Below are positions 8,643 through 18,019 of a DNA stretch of 20,000 bases, piece by piece (position 1 is the stretch's first letter; every line of letters begins with the position of its first letter). The notes beneath the pieces are model-generated. The model searched no databases. It was not told the DNA's origin and saw only the letters and a list, made by a program, of their open reading frames with translations. Origin of the DNA: an uncultured virus (IMG/VR IMGVR_UViG_2585428069_000013) (lineage: Duplodnaviria > Heunggongvirae > Uroviricota > Caudoviricetes); IMG/VR virus record IMGVR_UViG_2585428069_000013, one strand, 5' to 3'. The translations under genes were made by a program, and so were the position numbers.

Positions 8643-8934
8643 TGTATACCCCTTTACTCACATTTTTTATATGAAAATCATACCATACTTTTAATACCAT
8701 ACCATTAACATTATCCAGTAATAATAATCTAATAGCCTAATATTTATATTGGAATTCCTATATAATAAAAAAACCTTCCCACCAAGGAAAGGTTCCCAAA
8801 TTAGCATATTTAATTTATCTAATTATCAGTGAAAAGAAGCCTTGTTTCTGATAGATTATCTATCTCAAGCTACTTTGTTATATTACGTTTAGTATCATTT
8901 TAACTTGTCCAGTAATATTCAAATAGTTCGTTAC

Positions 8935-8963
8935 TTGACTTTTTAGTACATTTTTGGTAAAAT
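8935..8963 (+). promoter_or_regulatory. Sigma-A promoter
   Basis: TTGACT-N17-TAAAAT with extended TG, followed by an AGGAGG RBS and ATG 8999. Confidence 0.75.
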
Positions 8964-8998
8964 AATTATATTAATTAGTCATAGGAGGAACAACGCTT

Positions 8999-9763
8999 AT
9001 GAATGCCATTCAAATTGAAAAACAAATTGAATCCGAACTAGGTATAGATGAAAAGAACATTAATGAAATTTTTAAATGTATTGTAAAGGGTTCTACTGAA
9101 GATGTACGTGCGAAACGTAACCTTTTTCCATCACCTACCTATAATGCTAGATATAATGATATATGGGATTCTATTAATGCTAAATGTGCTGCAACATTTA
9201 ATGATGGATACATTGTTACAATGCACCATAGAGGAATTTATGAATTTATTACTATCTTAAATACATCATCATCTTGTGTATATATCTTGATGAAGGATAA
9301 CAATTTTAATAAGGTTATTTCAGGAGGTTCTGTAAGTGATACTCATTATATGAAGTGTCTAACACTTATCAACAATGACTTGAAATCATATCCTCAAGTG
9401 TATGGACAGATAAGTTTTGATTTACCACAAAGTGATAAATTAAAAGATAAAAAAGACTCTATTAAGGGCACAATAATACAGAAGATAAATGGATCTGCTA
9501 ACCGTTTCGTTGTTATAACTTTTGAACCTGATATTAATACAGGTATTAAGTCTATTTATGTAAATGTTGTTGCAGACAATACTTCTACTAAGTATCGTAA
9601 AGATTGGACTTCTTCAATTAAAGCAATTGAGGTTCCTGAATATGATGAATCTACATATGATAAGAGGAATTTGGATACTGACGTTGATAATGTTTCTACT
9701 TTTGATGCTCCTGCTGAGGTTAAAATCAAGAGGAGGATACAAGATGTGAGGTCCAAAAAATAA
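8999..9763 (+). CDS. DUF5986-like protein; candidate toxin of a RosmerTA-like pair
   Basis: IWDSIN...RGIYEFITI...YILMKDNNF...HYMKCL...QISF pattern resembles DUF5986 proteins (from memory of the family, not searched). Apparently co-transcribed with the XRE-peptidase gene. Confidence 0.6.
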   Translation: MNAIQIEKQIESELGIDEKNINEIFKCIVKGSTEDVRAKRNLFPSPTYNARYNDIWDSINAKCAATFNDGYIVTMHHRGIYEFITILNTSSSCVYILMKDNNFNKVISGGSVSDTHYMKCLTLINNDLKSYPQVYGQISFDLPQSDKLKDKKDSIKGTIIQKINGSANRFVVITFEPDINTGIKSIYVNVVADNTSTKYRKDWTSSIKAIEVPEYDESTYDKRNLDTDVDNVSTFDAPAEVKIKRRIQDVRSKK

Positions 9764-9784
9764 AGTTAACCGAGGTACAAGATT

Positions 9785-10945
9785 ATGTCTATAGAAAATT
9801 TTAATGGAGAACGCTTAAAAGCAGCTCGAACAATTAGATGTCTTTCTAGCACTGAGCTCGCTAAACTAATAGGTGTTTCTAAGCAAGCTATTTGGCAATT
9901 TGAGAATCAAGGTAAGGTACAGCCTAAACCTGAAAACCTTTTTATATTGGCTCAAAAACTTAACTTTCCAACTAGCTTTTTTTTAGAGGAAAACTGGCAG
10001 GATGTTTCTGCTGGAAACTGTTTTTATAGAGCTGGATCTTCCATCACTAAAAAGCAAAAGGAAGCTCAGAAACAATTAAATATTATACGAGGAAAAATGT
10101 ACTCTTTTTTAGATGAGTACATTGAATTTCCTTCTCTAAACTTGTTTCAGCTATCCAAGGAAGACCATCTAAGTGATGATATTATTGAAAATTTAGCAGA
10201 AGATGCTCGTAATTATTATAATATGGAAGATTTACCAATAGGCAATATGATTAACTTTATGGAAAATAACGGGATACTACTCTCACAGTTTCTGTTGCCT
10301 GATGTTAAATTTGATGCAGTCAGTCAGTTTATTTCTATAGATGGATTAAAAAAAATTCCAATTACACCTTATAATGCAGCAATACCTTCTTTTTGTAGAG
10401 TTCAATTCACTTTAGCACATGAATTAGGACATTGGATTTTAGGTCATATGGATTCTGACGAAGACTCTCTCTCAACGGAAGATTATAAGGAGAATGAACA
10501 TGATGCTAATTTGTTTGCATCTTCCTTTTTATTACCAAGAGATGCTTTTCTAAAGGATTTGCCACAAAATCCAAACTTATACGTTTTTGTTGAGTTAAAG
10601 AAAAAATGGAGAGTATCTATACAGGCAATGATTTATAGAGCACATTATTTAGGTAGAATTAACTATAATCAGTATCAATATTTAATGAAACAAATCTCAA
10701 AAAATGGTTGGAGGACGCATGAACCTCTTGATGATGAATTTATTATTCCTAAACCTACACTTCTCAGAAAAGCTATTGAGATGCTAGTTGATCAGAATGT
10801 TATAACAAAAAAAGACTTGTTGTCTAAATTAAAACTACATTGTGGTTCCTTAAACATTGATATGTATGAAGAATTGGCAGGTTTGCCAAAAGGCTACTTA
10901 AACATAACAACAACTACTGAACCTAAAATACTATTAAAGAAATAG
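9785..10945 (+). CDS. XRE HTH plus ImmA/IrrE (peptidase M78) zinc metallopeptidase fusion
   Basis: FNGERLKAAR...ELAKLIGVSKQAIWQFEN HTH. RVQFTLAHELGH (HExxH), EHDANLFASSFLLP and LKKKWRVSIQAMIYRA. Confidence 0.92.
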   Translation: MSIENFNGERLKAARTIRCLSSTELAKLIGVSKQAIWQFENQGKVQPKPENLFILAQKLNFPTSFFLEENWQDVSAGNCFYRAGSSITKKQKEAQKQLNIIRGKMYSFLDEYIEFPSLNLFQLSKEDHLSDDIIENLAEDARNYYNMEDLPIGNMINFMENNGILLSQFLLPDVKFDAVSQFISIDGLKKIPITPYNAAIPSFCRVQFTLAHELGHWILGHMDSDEDSLSTEDYKENEHDANLFASSFLLPRDAFLKDLPQNPNLYVFVELKKKWRVSIQAMIYRAHYLGRINYNQYQYLMKQISKNGWRTHEPLDDEFIIPKPTLLRKAIEMLVDQNVITKKDLLSKLKLHCGSLNIDMYEELAGLPKGYLNITTTTEPKILLKK

Positions 10946-10980
10946 TATTCTGATATAAAAATGTTTAATTATAATCCACA

Positions 10981-11025
10981 TAAAAATACCTACTGGCAAT
11001 TTTTGTTTGCTAGTAGGTATTTTTA
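10981..11025. terminator. Bidirectional intrinsic terminator
   Basis: AAAAATACCTACTGGCAA / TTGCTAGTAGGTATTTTT long stem between convergent gene blocks. Confidence 0.85.
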
Positions 11026-11457
11026 TTCTGAAGTTTCAATTTGCTCTAAATGCTGAGGATTATCTTCCCTGTTTAAAATAATTTTTCTCCGCTTTTTCGC
11101 AAAATCACTCCGACTTAATTCTATCTATACCAATATACTATTAATTAGAGAAATTGTTACTTAACCCCTAGAGAATCTCATTGTCACACCAGATACAGTA
11201 GTATATCATAAGTTACTAGCTTAAATTTAAGCTAAAATTATATTACCAATACTTATATATTCGCCTCCATCTCTAGATCTAACACCAGTAGTTTACTGTT
11301 AACTTTATAAATGCAGTGCATAAAATAATTAGCTCTGTACCTATAGATGTTATCGCTTCTATCCGTATTTTCAAATTAAGCAATTTATACTAATTATTAT
11401 TAGTTTAAAAATATTTAAGTTTTATGACTTTATAATTAATAAACACCGTAACGTCAT

Positions 11458-11919
11458 CTAGTTTCCAATAGAAACAAGCCTTGTCCCTGATAAATTATCT
11501 ATTTCAATCTGTTGGTTTGTAAAAATGCCTTTATAGTTAAACTTCATAACTGCAACAAAAGTAGGATGGTCTATTGCCTTTGTAGCTCCTGTTACTGGGT
11601 TTGTATAGTTAGTTAAAGTATGAGTATTAACTGCTCTATAATCTATTACATATACAAACAAATCAGACTTTGCACTGGATAAATTCTCTGATAAGTAAGT
11701 CTCAAAAGCCGTTTTAGAGGCCACAGGATCTATCTCAAATATTCCTTGTGCAATTTTATTGGGATCTTTATCTACTTGAAGTGTAGCTGCCTTAGTTGCT
11801 ATATCTAAAGCATTTTTAACTTCTTCTTTGTACATACTAGCTTTCTTCACATCATAAACTAAGGCAGAAAAAACTATAAATATTATTACCCACATAATTG
11901 TCTTTAAACTCGTATCCAT
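11458..11919 (-). CDS. TadG/TadE-like pseudopilin
   Basis: N-terminal hydrophobic helix followed by VKNALDIATKAA, similar to the L..A.D.AA.A.A pattern of Tad proteins. Lies in the pilin/TadC-like cluster. Confidence 0.55.
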   Translation of the reverse strand: MDTSLKTIMWVIIFIVFSALVYDVKKASMYKEEVKNALDIATKAATLQVDKDPNKIAQGIFEIDPVASKTAFETYLSENLSSAKSDLFVYVIDYRAVNTHTLTNYTNPVTGATKAIDHPTFVAVMKFNYKGIFTNQQIEIDNLSGTRLVSIGN

Positions 11920-11924
11920 ATTAC

Positions 11925-12389
11925 TTACCTCAACCTTTCACTCATTACAGTTCTTTTAGAACCATGACTGATAATACTATTGCCTCCTAAAAAACTACTC
12001 ATGCTAGTCATAGTTGTATCTTCTGATGAGGTGATTATTAAATAGATTTTACTACCTCTAGGTGCAAAGTTAGGAGTAGCTGGATATGGAGTTTGATTAA
12101 ATGGAGTGACAGGATAGACCTTACTTGAAATGTTAGTTCCATTAATATCAAAAGCTTGTAATGTTATTGTTAGTTTTGATGTATCGAAGCCAGCCTTCCC
12201 TAAGTCAGCTTTTAAGTCAGTAATATTCTGAGCAGTAAATCCTCCTTGAACTGCAGCCTGCTCTGCATAAGCCTTTGAAATATCCACCATTGGAGTTTGG
12301 TGTACAAAATATATCCCTACTGCAAAGAGTGCCATTCCTAAAATAAACTTCATTATAAACGTCCACGAAAAAACTAAGGTTTCATCCAT
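11925..12389 (-). CDS. TadE-like pseudopilin
   Basis: N-terminal hydrophobic helix, then AEQAAVQGGFT, and a C-terminal SE motif. GGAGGGGAGGGG RBS. Tad-like context. Confidence 0.5.
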   Translation of the reverse strand: MDETLVFSWTFIMKFILGMALFAVGIYFVHQTPMVDISKAYAEQAAVQGGFTAQNITDLKADLGKAGFDTSKLTITLQAFDINGTNISSKVYPVTPFNQTPYPATPNFAPRGSKIYLIITSSEDTTMTSMSSFLGGNSIISHGSKRTVMSERLR

Positions 12390-12421
12390 TAAATGCCCCT
12401 CCCCTCCATCTATAAAATTTT

Positions 12422-12445
12422 AGGGATAGAATCTCATCTACCCCT
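12422..12445 (-). other. Intergenic stem-loop after the pilin gene (mRNA stabiliser or attenuator)
   Basis: AGGGATAGA/TCTACCCCT near-perfect inverted repeat between the pilin and TadE-like genes. Confidence 0.45.
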
Positions 12446-12464
12446 AATAAAACTCTATACATTT

Positions 12465-12629
12465 TTACGGTGCTACTACATTACCACTTGTACTGAAGTC
12501 TACTGTTTGGATTCTTGTTGTTTGAGCACTAATCTTAGTGTAAACTGGCTTAGCTACTGCTGTTGCGATTAATCCTAATAATACAATTGCTATAATCATA
12601 TAAAACGCTTTCTTTAAATCTAATTCCAT
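12465..12629 (-). CDS. Flp-like small pilin, intact copy (54 aa)
   Basis: MELDLKKAFYMIIAIVLLGLIATAVAKPVY... has a single hydrophobic helix. Start at 12629 is supported by an AAGGAAGGAG RBS and by the paralogue starting at the same codon. Pilin function inferred from size and context. Confidence 0.65.
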   Translation of the reverse strand: MELDLKKAFYMIIAIVLLGLIATAVAKPVYTKISAQTTRIQTVDFSTSGNVVAP

Positions 12630-12777
12630 TTTTTCTTTATCTCCTTCCTTATATCTAGTGTATATCCCTATACACTGATTGATTTTACTTATTTTATACA
12701 TAGACTACATATAAACTATGTAGTCCGTAATTTATTGTTCTGTGAATACCCTATTGATAATTTTATGGATAAATTAA

Positions 12778-13152
12778 TTATATTTTTTCATATAACTTAC
12801 CTCTTAGAATTTCTAACTGTTCCTTTAACTTCTTGTTTTCATCTTCAAGTTCCTTAATTTTTTTATCTTTTGCCATTATAATAATATCCTTCGATTTAGC
12901 TGTCTTATCATACTTAGCCCTTTGGTTCATAGTTCTACTTGTTTGTTTATCTCTAAGTTCTTCAATTCTTTTCTTTATATCTTCATTGTTATAAAGAAAA
13001 GTTTTAGAAACTCCACTTAAATTACATACACTATTAAAATTAATCTTCTGTTCAGTCAAAGAAAGTTCTCTAATGGCTTTATCAACCTTTTCTAAAGTTA
13101 ATTCTGTTTTCTGTTTTGCGTATTCTTTTAATCCTTTAGTACTTCCAGCCAT
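12778..13152 (-). CDS. tnpC: Tn554-type TnpC (DUF6262-like) protein
   Basis: KINFNSVCNLSGVSKTFLY HTH-like segment and a C-terminal coiled coil. Third gene of the trio. Confidence 0.8.
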   Translation of the reverse strand: MAGSTKGLKEYAKQKTELTLEKVDKAIRELSLTEQKINFNSVCNLSGVSKTFLYNNEDIKKRIEELRDKQTSRTMNQRAKYDKTAKSKDIIIMAKDKKIKELEDENKKLKEQLEILRGKLYEKI

Positions 13153-15134
13153 TAGATTGCATCCTCCCTTGATTTACCGTTTTTATGAACTAATTTGTGT
13201 TCTCTAACTTTTTCTAGTGTTTTCTCTAATATATCTAAATACTGTTTATTCTTTTCTGCCCAAAGCTCTCTACCACATCTATTACTTATTTCTATTTGAC
13301 TTTTAACCTTTTCTATTTCTTCCTCATATTCAGGAATATTTTCAATTGTAGTACAGAAACTCGCACAAGTTAAGCAATGATTCATCTGTTGTTTACAAGG
13401 CAATTTAGAAGCTTTAAAACATACTCCAAACGGTACTTTTACTGCATCTAAGTTTTTCTTAACATATTCATATCTTATAAGGTTTTGTCCAGCATCAGAA
13501 GTTAAATCTATCTTTTGAAGTTCGTTAGTTTTAGTGTCAACTTTAAATAATTCTAAATCCTCTGTATCCTTCCATTTTTCATAAAGAACATTTTCACTAA
13601 CAGTAGCATAATGAACTGTCATTTGAAGGCTTTGATGACCTAAAATCTGTTGTATAATACTAATTCCCATACCTTGTTCTACATACTCTTTAGCTCTTGT
13701 ATGTCTTAATGAGTGAAGTCTAAAGTGATATAACTCACCTTTAACATCTCTAATATCTTTTTGTTCAATAAGTCTTTGAATTGTAAGTAATAAAGATGTC
13801 TTATTTAATGGCTTTCCTTTCAACTTACCTTTATAAGTATTGAATAAATACTTTTTAGCATTGTTTTCTTCTGTACTTAAATCTTTAGCTTTATCAATAG
13901 CTTTTTGAACCATCTCAGCAACCTTATCCCTAATGGGAATTTTAAGTTGTGCTATACCTGTTTTAGTTATTTCGCCACAAAGATAGTAATTATATTTTTC
14001 TTCTTTGCTGTTCCAAGTTAACTCTAGACAATTATGATATCTAAGGTTTAATATATCAGTGCCTCGCCAACCTGTTTCTCTAAGAAGAATGTAAATAGGA
14101 ATATACTGAGGTCTATCCAAATCCATAATATTGTTATCTAATTGTTTTAATATAGGCTCTGGAACGAATTTAGCTTTTTTAACTTCATCCTTATTTAATT
14201 CTCTTTTAGGAATATCATCTTGAAATATTAAAAATGACACTTCTTTTTTAGGATACTTATCATATTGAGCCATTTGAATATATTCTAAAAATGTCCTTAA
14301 ATAAGATACAAATTTACATCTATAAGTTGGGTTTTTATCTTTATAATCATTACCTAACCAATATAAATAGTTCTCTATATCTTGTCTTGATAAACTTTCT
14401 ATAAAACCATCTTTATACCCATTAGAATAAAAAATAATAAAAAAATAATTTAAATGGCTTATTATCTGGTGACAATGATTCCAACTTTTTTTAGTAATTA
14501 TAGTTTTTAAATACCTTTTTACAATATCTCTATAATAAATTGGAATACTTATAAAATTAATATGACCATTTACTCCATGAACTCCACTAGCAGGGATTTT
14601 AGCCCCTTTAATATTCTTTGAATACCATATATCTTTTTCAGTTTCTTCTCTATCATCATATAAATCCTTAACAAACATTATTAACTGATTAATAGAAGAA
14701 ATGTAGCTGGAACTTCCACTTGGTGTTTTTAATGTTTCGTTAGTACAAACATAATTTAATAAATATAACTTCCACTTATCTAAAAATTCTTGTATAACAA
14801 CTTCATTAAATGAGTTTATTTGATAAAAATATCTATCTAAAAAATTTCCTAAAGGATTAATTCTGTAAGAGTAATTTAATATGGTTTCTTTTTTTAACAA
14901 TTTATTCTTTACTAAATATAAGATAAAAAATTTAAATTCCGTTTTTAGAGAATCATTATGAATATGAGAAAAATCTATGTATCTGCTTTTGTAAACTTTC
15001 TTGCCAATAAAAAATTCTTCAGTAAAATCCCACTTATCATTTTTTAACCAGTATCCATCATCTTGTTTTAAATACTCAATTATTTCATCATATTTACTTT
15101 GTTCATTGTGTTTTATCTGCTGTAAATTCTTCAC
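13152..15134 (-). CDS. tnpB: Tn554-type TnpB tyrosine recombinase (unrelated to IS605 TnpB)
   Basis: ETGWR, KT, HSLRH, LGH and HY catalytic set, with a C-terminal Cys cluster (GVC...PC...HCLTCASFC). Confidence 0.9.
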   Translation of the reverse strand: MKNLQQIKHNEQSKYDEIIEYLKQDDGYWLKNDKWDFTEEFFIGKKVYKSRYIDFSHIHNDSLKTEFKFFILYLVKNKLLKKETILNYSYRINPLGNFLDRYFYQINSFNEVVIQEFLDKWKLYLLNYVCTNETLKTPSGSSSYISSINQLIMFVKDLYDDREETEKDIWYSKNIKGAKIPASGVHGVNGHINFISIPIYYRDIVKRYLKTIITKKSWNHCHQIISHLNYFFIIFYSNGYKDGFIESLSRQDIENYLYWLGNDYKDKNPTYRCKFVSYLRTFLEYIQMAQYDKYPKKEVSFLIFQDDIPKRELNKDEVKKAKFVPEPILKQLDNNIMDLDRPQYIPIYILLRETGWRGTDILNLRYHNCLELTWNSKEEKYNYYLCGEITKTGIAQLKIPIRDKVAEMVQKAIDKAKDLSTEENNAKKYLFNTYKGKLKGKPLNKTSLLLTIQRLIEQKDIRDVKGELYHFRLHSLRHTRAKEYVEQGMGISIIQQILGHQSLQMTVHYATVSENVLYEKWKDTEDLELFKVDTKTNELQKIDLTSDAGQNLIRYEYVKKNLDAVKVPFGVCFKASKLPCKQQMNHCLTCASFCTTIENIPEYEEEIEKVKSQIEISNRCGRELWAEKNKQYLDILEKTLEKVREHKLVHKNGKSREDAI

Positions 15135-16262
15135 CTATTCTTCCACCTCTTTATAAATATCTAAGTTTAAATTCGGTTGAGTTTTATTGAACTCTTCCGT
15201 TATTTCTTTATCAGAAGGGTGAATATAGGTGTTCATAGTTGTATAAATATTTTTGTGTCCTGCTCTTACTCTAAGCAGTTCTGGTTGCCATCCAGCCATT
15301 CTTAATAGAGTCAAAGAGCTGTGCCTAAACATATGTGGTGTAACATATATATTTATTTTCTTTTTTAATGTTCTAAATAGATTATCTACATCTACATAAT
15401 CCATAGCTTTGTATTTGTTATTGCCACTTATCTTTATAAAAATATGATTAGTCTCTACTTCTTCATTATGGTATTCAGCTATATATTCCATAAACATATC
15501 AGCTAAATTTTGTGATATATCTATTCTTCTAGGACTTGATACTGTCTTAATTTCTGCATTATTTTCAAGCTGTCCTCGGTCTTGTAAGTCAATAATCATA
15601 TCACTTATATCAATATCTTCAATCCATAATGACAAAGCTTCGCCTATTCTCATACCTGTTTCATAAAGTAGTGATAACAAAAACTTATCTCTTAAATTAC
15701 TACAAGCTCTTACGAGCATTCCTATTTCTTTTTTAGTAAGTGTCTTAGGTTTACTCTTAGGAACTTTTAGCTTTAGTATATTGCTTGTAATCTTCTTCTG
15801 TTCATAAGCTATTCCATATAAAAATCCTTTGAAATTTCTGCTTGGAGTAGACACAAACTTTTTAAGTCTATCTGAAATATTATTGCTATATTCCTCATGT
15901 CTTAAAATATAGTCATAAAAAGCTAAAACTGTATTAACTATAATATTTATTGTTCTTGGACTTCTTGCTGAATCAACTTGGTTTGTTGGTATTACTTTTA
16001 AGCTCTTATATGGGTTCTGCAACCAGTTCACGAATAAAGCCAAATCATCAATAGTCACTTTTTGAAAATCTAATTCTCTTTGTTGTAGATACTCAAAATA
16101 TAACTTCAAATGTTGACAATACATTCTAAGTGTATTCCTTGCATAATTGGTGTTATCTTTAAACCTAATAAACTTTAATATAGGTTCTATTGGTAGTCCA
16201 TCATCATTAGCTACAAAGTATCTCTCTTTATCGTCTTCTGTTCTTGCTTTTACTACTTCCAT
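15135..16262 (-). CDS. tnpA: Tn554-type TnpA tyrosine recombinase
   Basis: ETGMRIGE, IKT, HMFRH, GH and TYIH catalytic set. AGGAG RBS. Confidence 0.9.
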   Translation of the reverse strand: MEVVKARTEDDKERYFVANDDGLPIEPILKFIRFKDNTNYARNTLRMYCQHLKLYFEYLQQRELDFQKVTIDDLALFVNWLQNPYKSLKVIPTNQVDSARSPRTINIIVNTVLAFYDYILRHEEYSNNISDRLKKFVSTPSRNFKGFLYGIAYEQKKITSNILKLKVPKSKPKTLTKKEIGMLVRACSNLRDKFLLSLLYETGMRIGEALSLWIEDIDISDMIIDLQDRGQLENNAEIKTVSSPRRIDISQNLADMFMEYIAEYHNEEVETNHIFIKISGNNKYKAMDYVDVDNLFRTLKKKINIYVTPHMFRHSSLTLLRMAGWQPELLRVRAGHKNIYTTMNTYIHPSDKEITEEFNKTQPNLNLDIYKEVEE

Positions 16263-16710
16263 ATTTCTATATACACTCCTATGATTTATTGATTTATAAT
16301 CATAGGGTTTACTACAGCTACTAAATTTATTCTAACTATTTATATAGTAATTTAAGTTATATATCTATATAAGAATGTATTACAGAATACTATAACTATC
16401 ATCTAATCAACTACACTATATTCCTTTATATATCTTTAATAATTTATTTGATTGATTATTATTTAAAAACTTAAGTTAAGGTGCTACTACATTACCGCTA
16501 GTGCTGAAATCTACTGTTTGGATTCTTCTTGTTTGGGCGTTTATCTTTGTATAAACAGGTTTTGTTACGGCAGTTGCGATTATCATATAAAAAGCTTTCT
16601 TTAACCCTCCTGTGCGAAATTCTCCCATCCTCTATAGGTGGGAGATGGATAGCACTTGCCGATAGGCAACAGATGCTTTATCCTATCGTGGCAAGAATTT
16701 TTTCCTTCTT

Positions 16711-18003
16711 CTATAAATGGGGATGATTTGCCGTTCCCAAAGCAACTTCTTTGTATATCCAATTGTTATTCCTGCTTATAAGACTTACATTATCCGTACT
16801 TATTTGCTTATATTTTGGTGACACTTGCAAATAGTTACCTTCTATATCCTGCACATATACCATATTACCTGTAAATCCAGATACAAAACCTGTATTTGAT
16901 CCAATTTTCACCTTATCAAACAAACACCATTTCTTCCCTTTAGATATTATTTCCTTAGTGTTCTTGCTGTTACGTTTAGATGTTATATTCGGTTCTTTCC
17001 TGCCTTTTCTTGCTATTGCTTCATGTAAACTTCTTTTCTTTTTTCTAACTTGTTTTATAAGATACCAGTTATCTAATCTCTTAACGGTTGAGTTTCCTGT
17101 GATACATAATGCGTCTATTCTATGTTCTTTAGGTAAATTATTGGTTATCCTAGTATTTTTAGTGATGTACCCATAAGTTAAATTTACATTTGAGTACAAC
17201 TCCTTTAGCTTATTATAAAAACTCCAACGCATTATTCCCATAAATGCTGCATCTCTAAATGATTGACCACGTTTTAGGTTTAGCTTTAGTTTCCCTGAAT
17301 GATAGTCCTTATGGCAATCTTCACAAAGTGTAATTAAGTTATCGGGGCTATCACCTCCAGTTTTCCTTGATTCTATGTGATGTACATTAAGTATCTTCCC
17401 TTTACAATTTTTCTTACCTTGGCATTTATGACCATCCCTAAAAATTACGTATTCTCTTACATTCCAGAATCCTAGTTGATTTCCTTGCTGGTACTTTTCG
17501 CCTTGTATATCTGGATTCTTAATCTTCTGTATATCAAAACTTGCTACCTCAATAATAATTTTGCTGATAGGTAGTAGGCTATGGACTTTATTTACAACTT
17601 TCAAATGAGTACCAATCTTGTTTTCTATTGATGGAGCTAACCACCCTTCTGTTTTTTTTCTATTTTCAAATCTAGGCTGCCTATATCTGGTTTTCCTACT
17701 TCGTCTCGAACGTCTAAATTGCCTTTTAGTTGCTAATAATTCTACAATATCAGTTCTCAATTTTAGTTCAGCAGAAAATAGCTCACATTTATATGTTGTT
17801 GCAGATAAACCAATTGTTCTATTTCCTGCATCAACACCTAATATTGTTTCCTGTGTTGTTTCTCCCGTAGCATATAATAACTGTATTGTAAAAGGCTCAT
17901 AAGTTATGATCTTTGCTTTTTTCTGTTTTAGGAATATTCTTGCTTTTCTTTGTGTTGTTGGCATTAGTGGTTGATTTCTTTGATTTTTGACGTATACTCT
18001 CAA
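16711..18003 (-). CDS. iscB: RNA-guided endonuclease IscB (430 aa)
   Basis: PLMP motif, RuvC-I LGVDAG, Arg-rich bridge helix, RuvC-II IIIEVASFD, HNH VHHI...NLITLCEDCHKDYH and RuvC-III HRIDA. True start is TTG 18003 with an AAAGGAGG RBS. Confidence 0.95.
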   Translation of the reverse strand: MRVYVKNQRNQPLMPTTQRKARIFLKQKKAKIITYEPFTIQLLYATGETTQETILGVDAGNRTIGLSATTYKCELFSAELKLRTDIVELLATKRQFRRSRRSRKTRYRQPRFENRKKTEGWLAPSIENKIGTHLKVVNKVHSLLPISKIIIEVASFDIQKIKNPDIQGEKYQQGNQLGFWNVREYVIFRDGHKCQGKKNCKGKILNVHHIESRKTGGDSPDNLITLCEDCHKDYHSGKLKLNLKRGQSFRDAAFMGIMRWSFYNKLKELYSNVNLTYGYITKNTRITNNLPKEHRIDALCITGNSTVKRLDNWYLIKQVRKKKRSLHEAIARKGRKEPNITSKRNSKNTKEIISKGKKWCLFDKVKIGSNTGFVSGFTGNMVYVQDIEGNYLQVSPKYKQISTDNVSLISRNNNWIYKEVALGTANHPHL

Positions 18004-18019
18004 GTTACGTCCTCCTTTC

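Larger units (their letters stand above)
12703..16416 (-). mobile_element. Tn554-family tyrosine-recombinase transposon (tnpABC), no cargo
   Basis: Coupled 375/660/124-aa trio with the Tn554 size and order. Candidate ends are the GACTACATA-N5-TATGTAGTC inverted repeat (12703-12725) and ACTACA at 16410-16415. Boundaries approximate. Confidence 0.8.

Noticed and set aside
9785..10945. XRE-peptidase as a CapH/CapP-type regulator of the CBASS operon
   Set aside because: It lies 7 kb away, is a fusion rather than two genes, and has its own partner gene, promoter and terminator.
11026..11457. Possible decayed gene in the 430-bp gap
   Set aside because: No sustained reading frame or recognisable motif, so no call can be supported.
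12778..16262. RIT element (recombinases in trio)
   Set aside because: Only two genes are tyrosine recombinases. The third is a small TnpC-type protein, as in Tn554.
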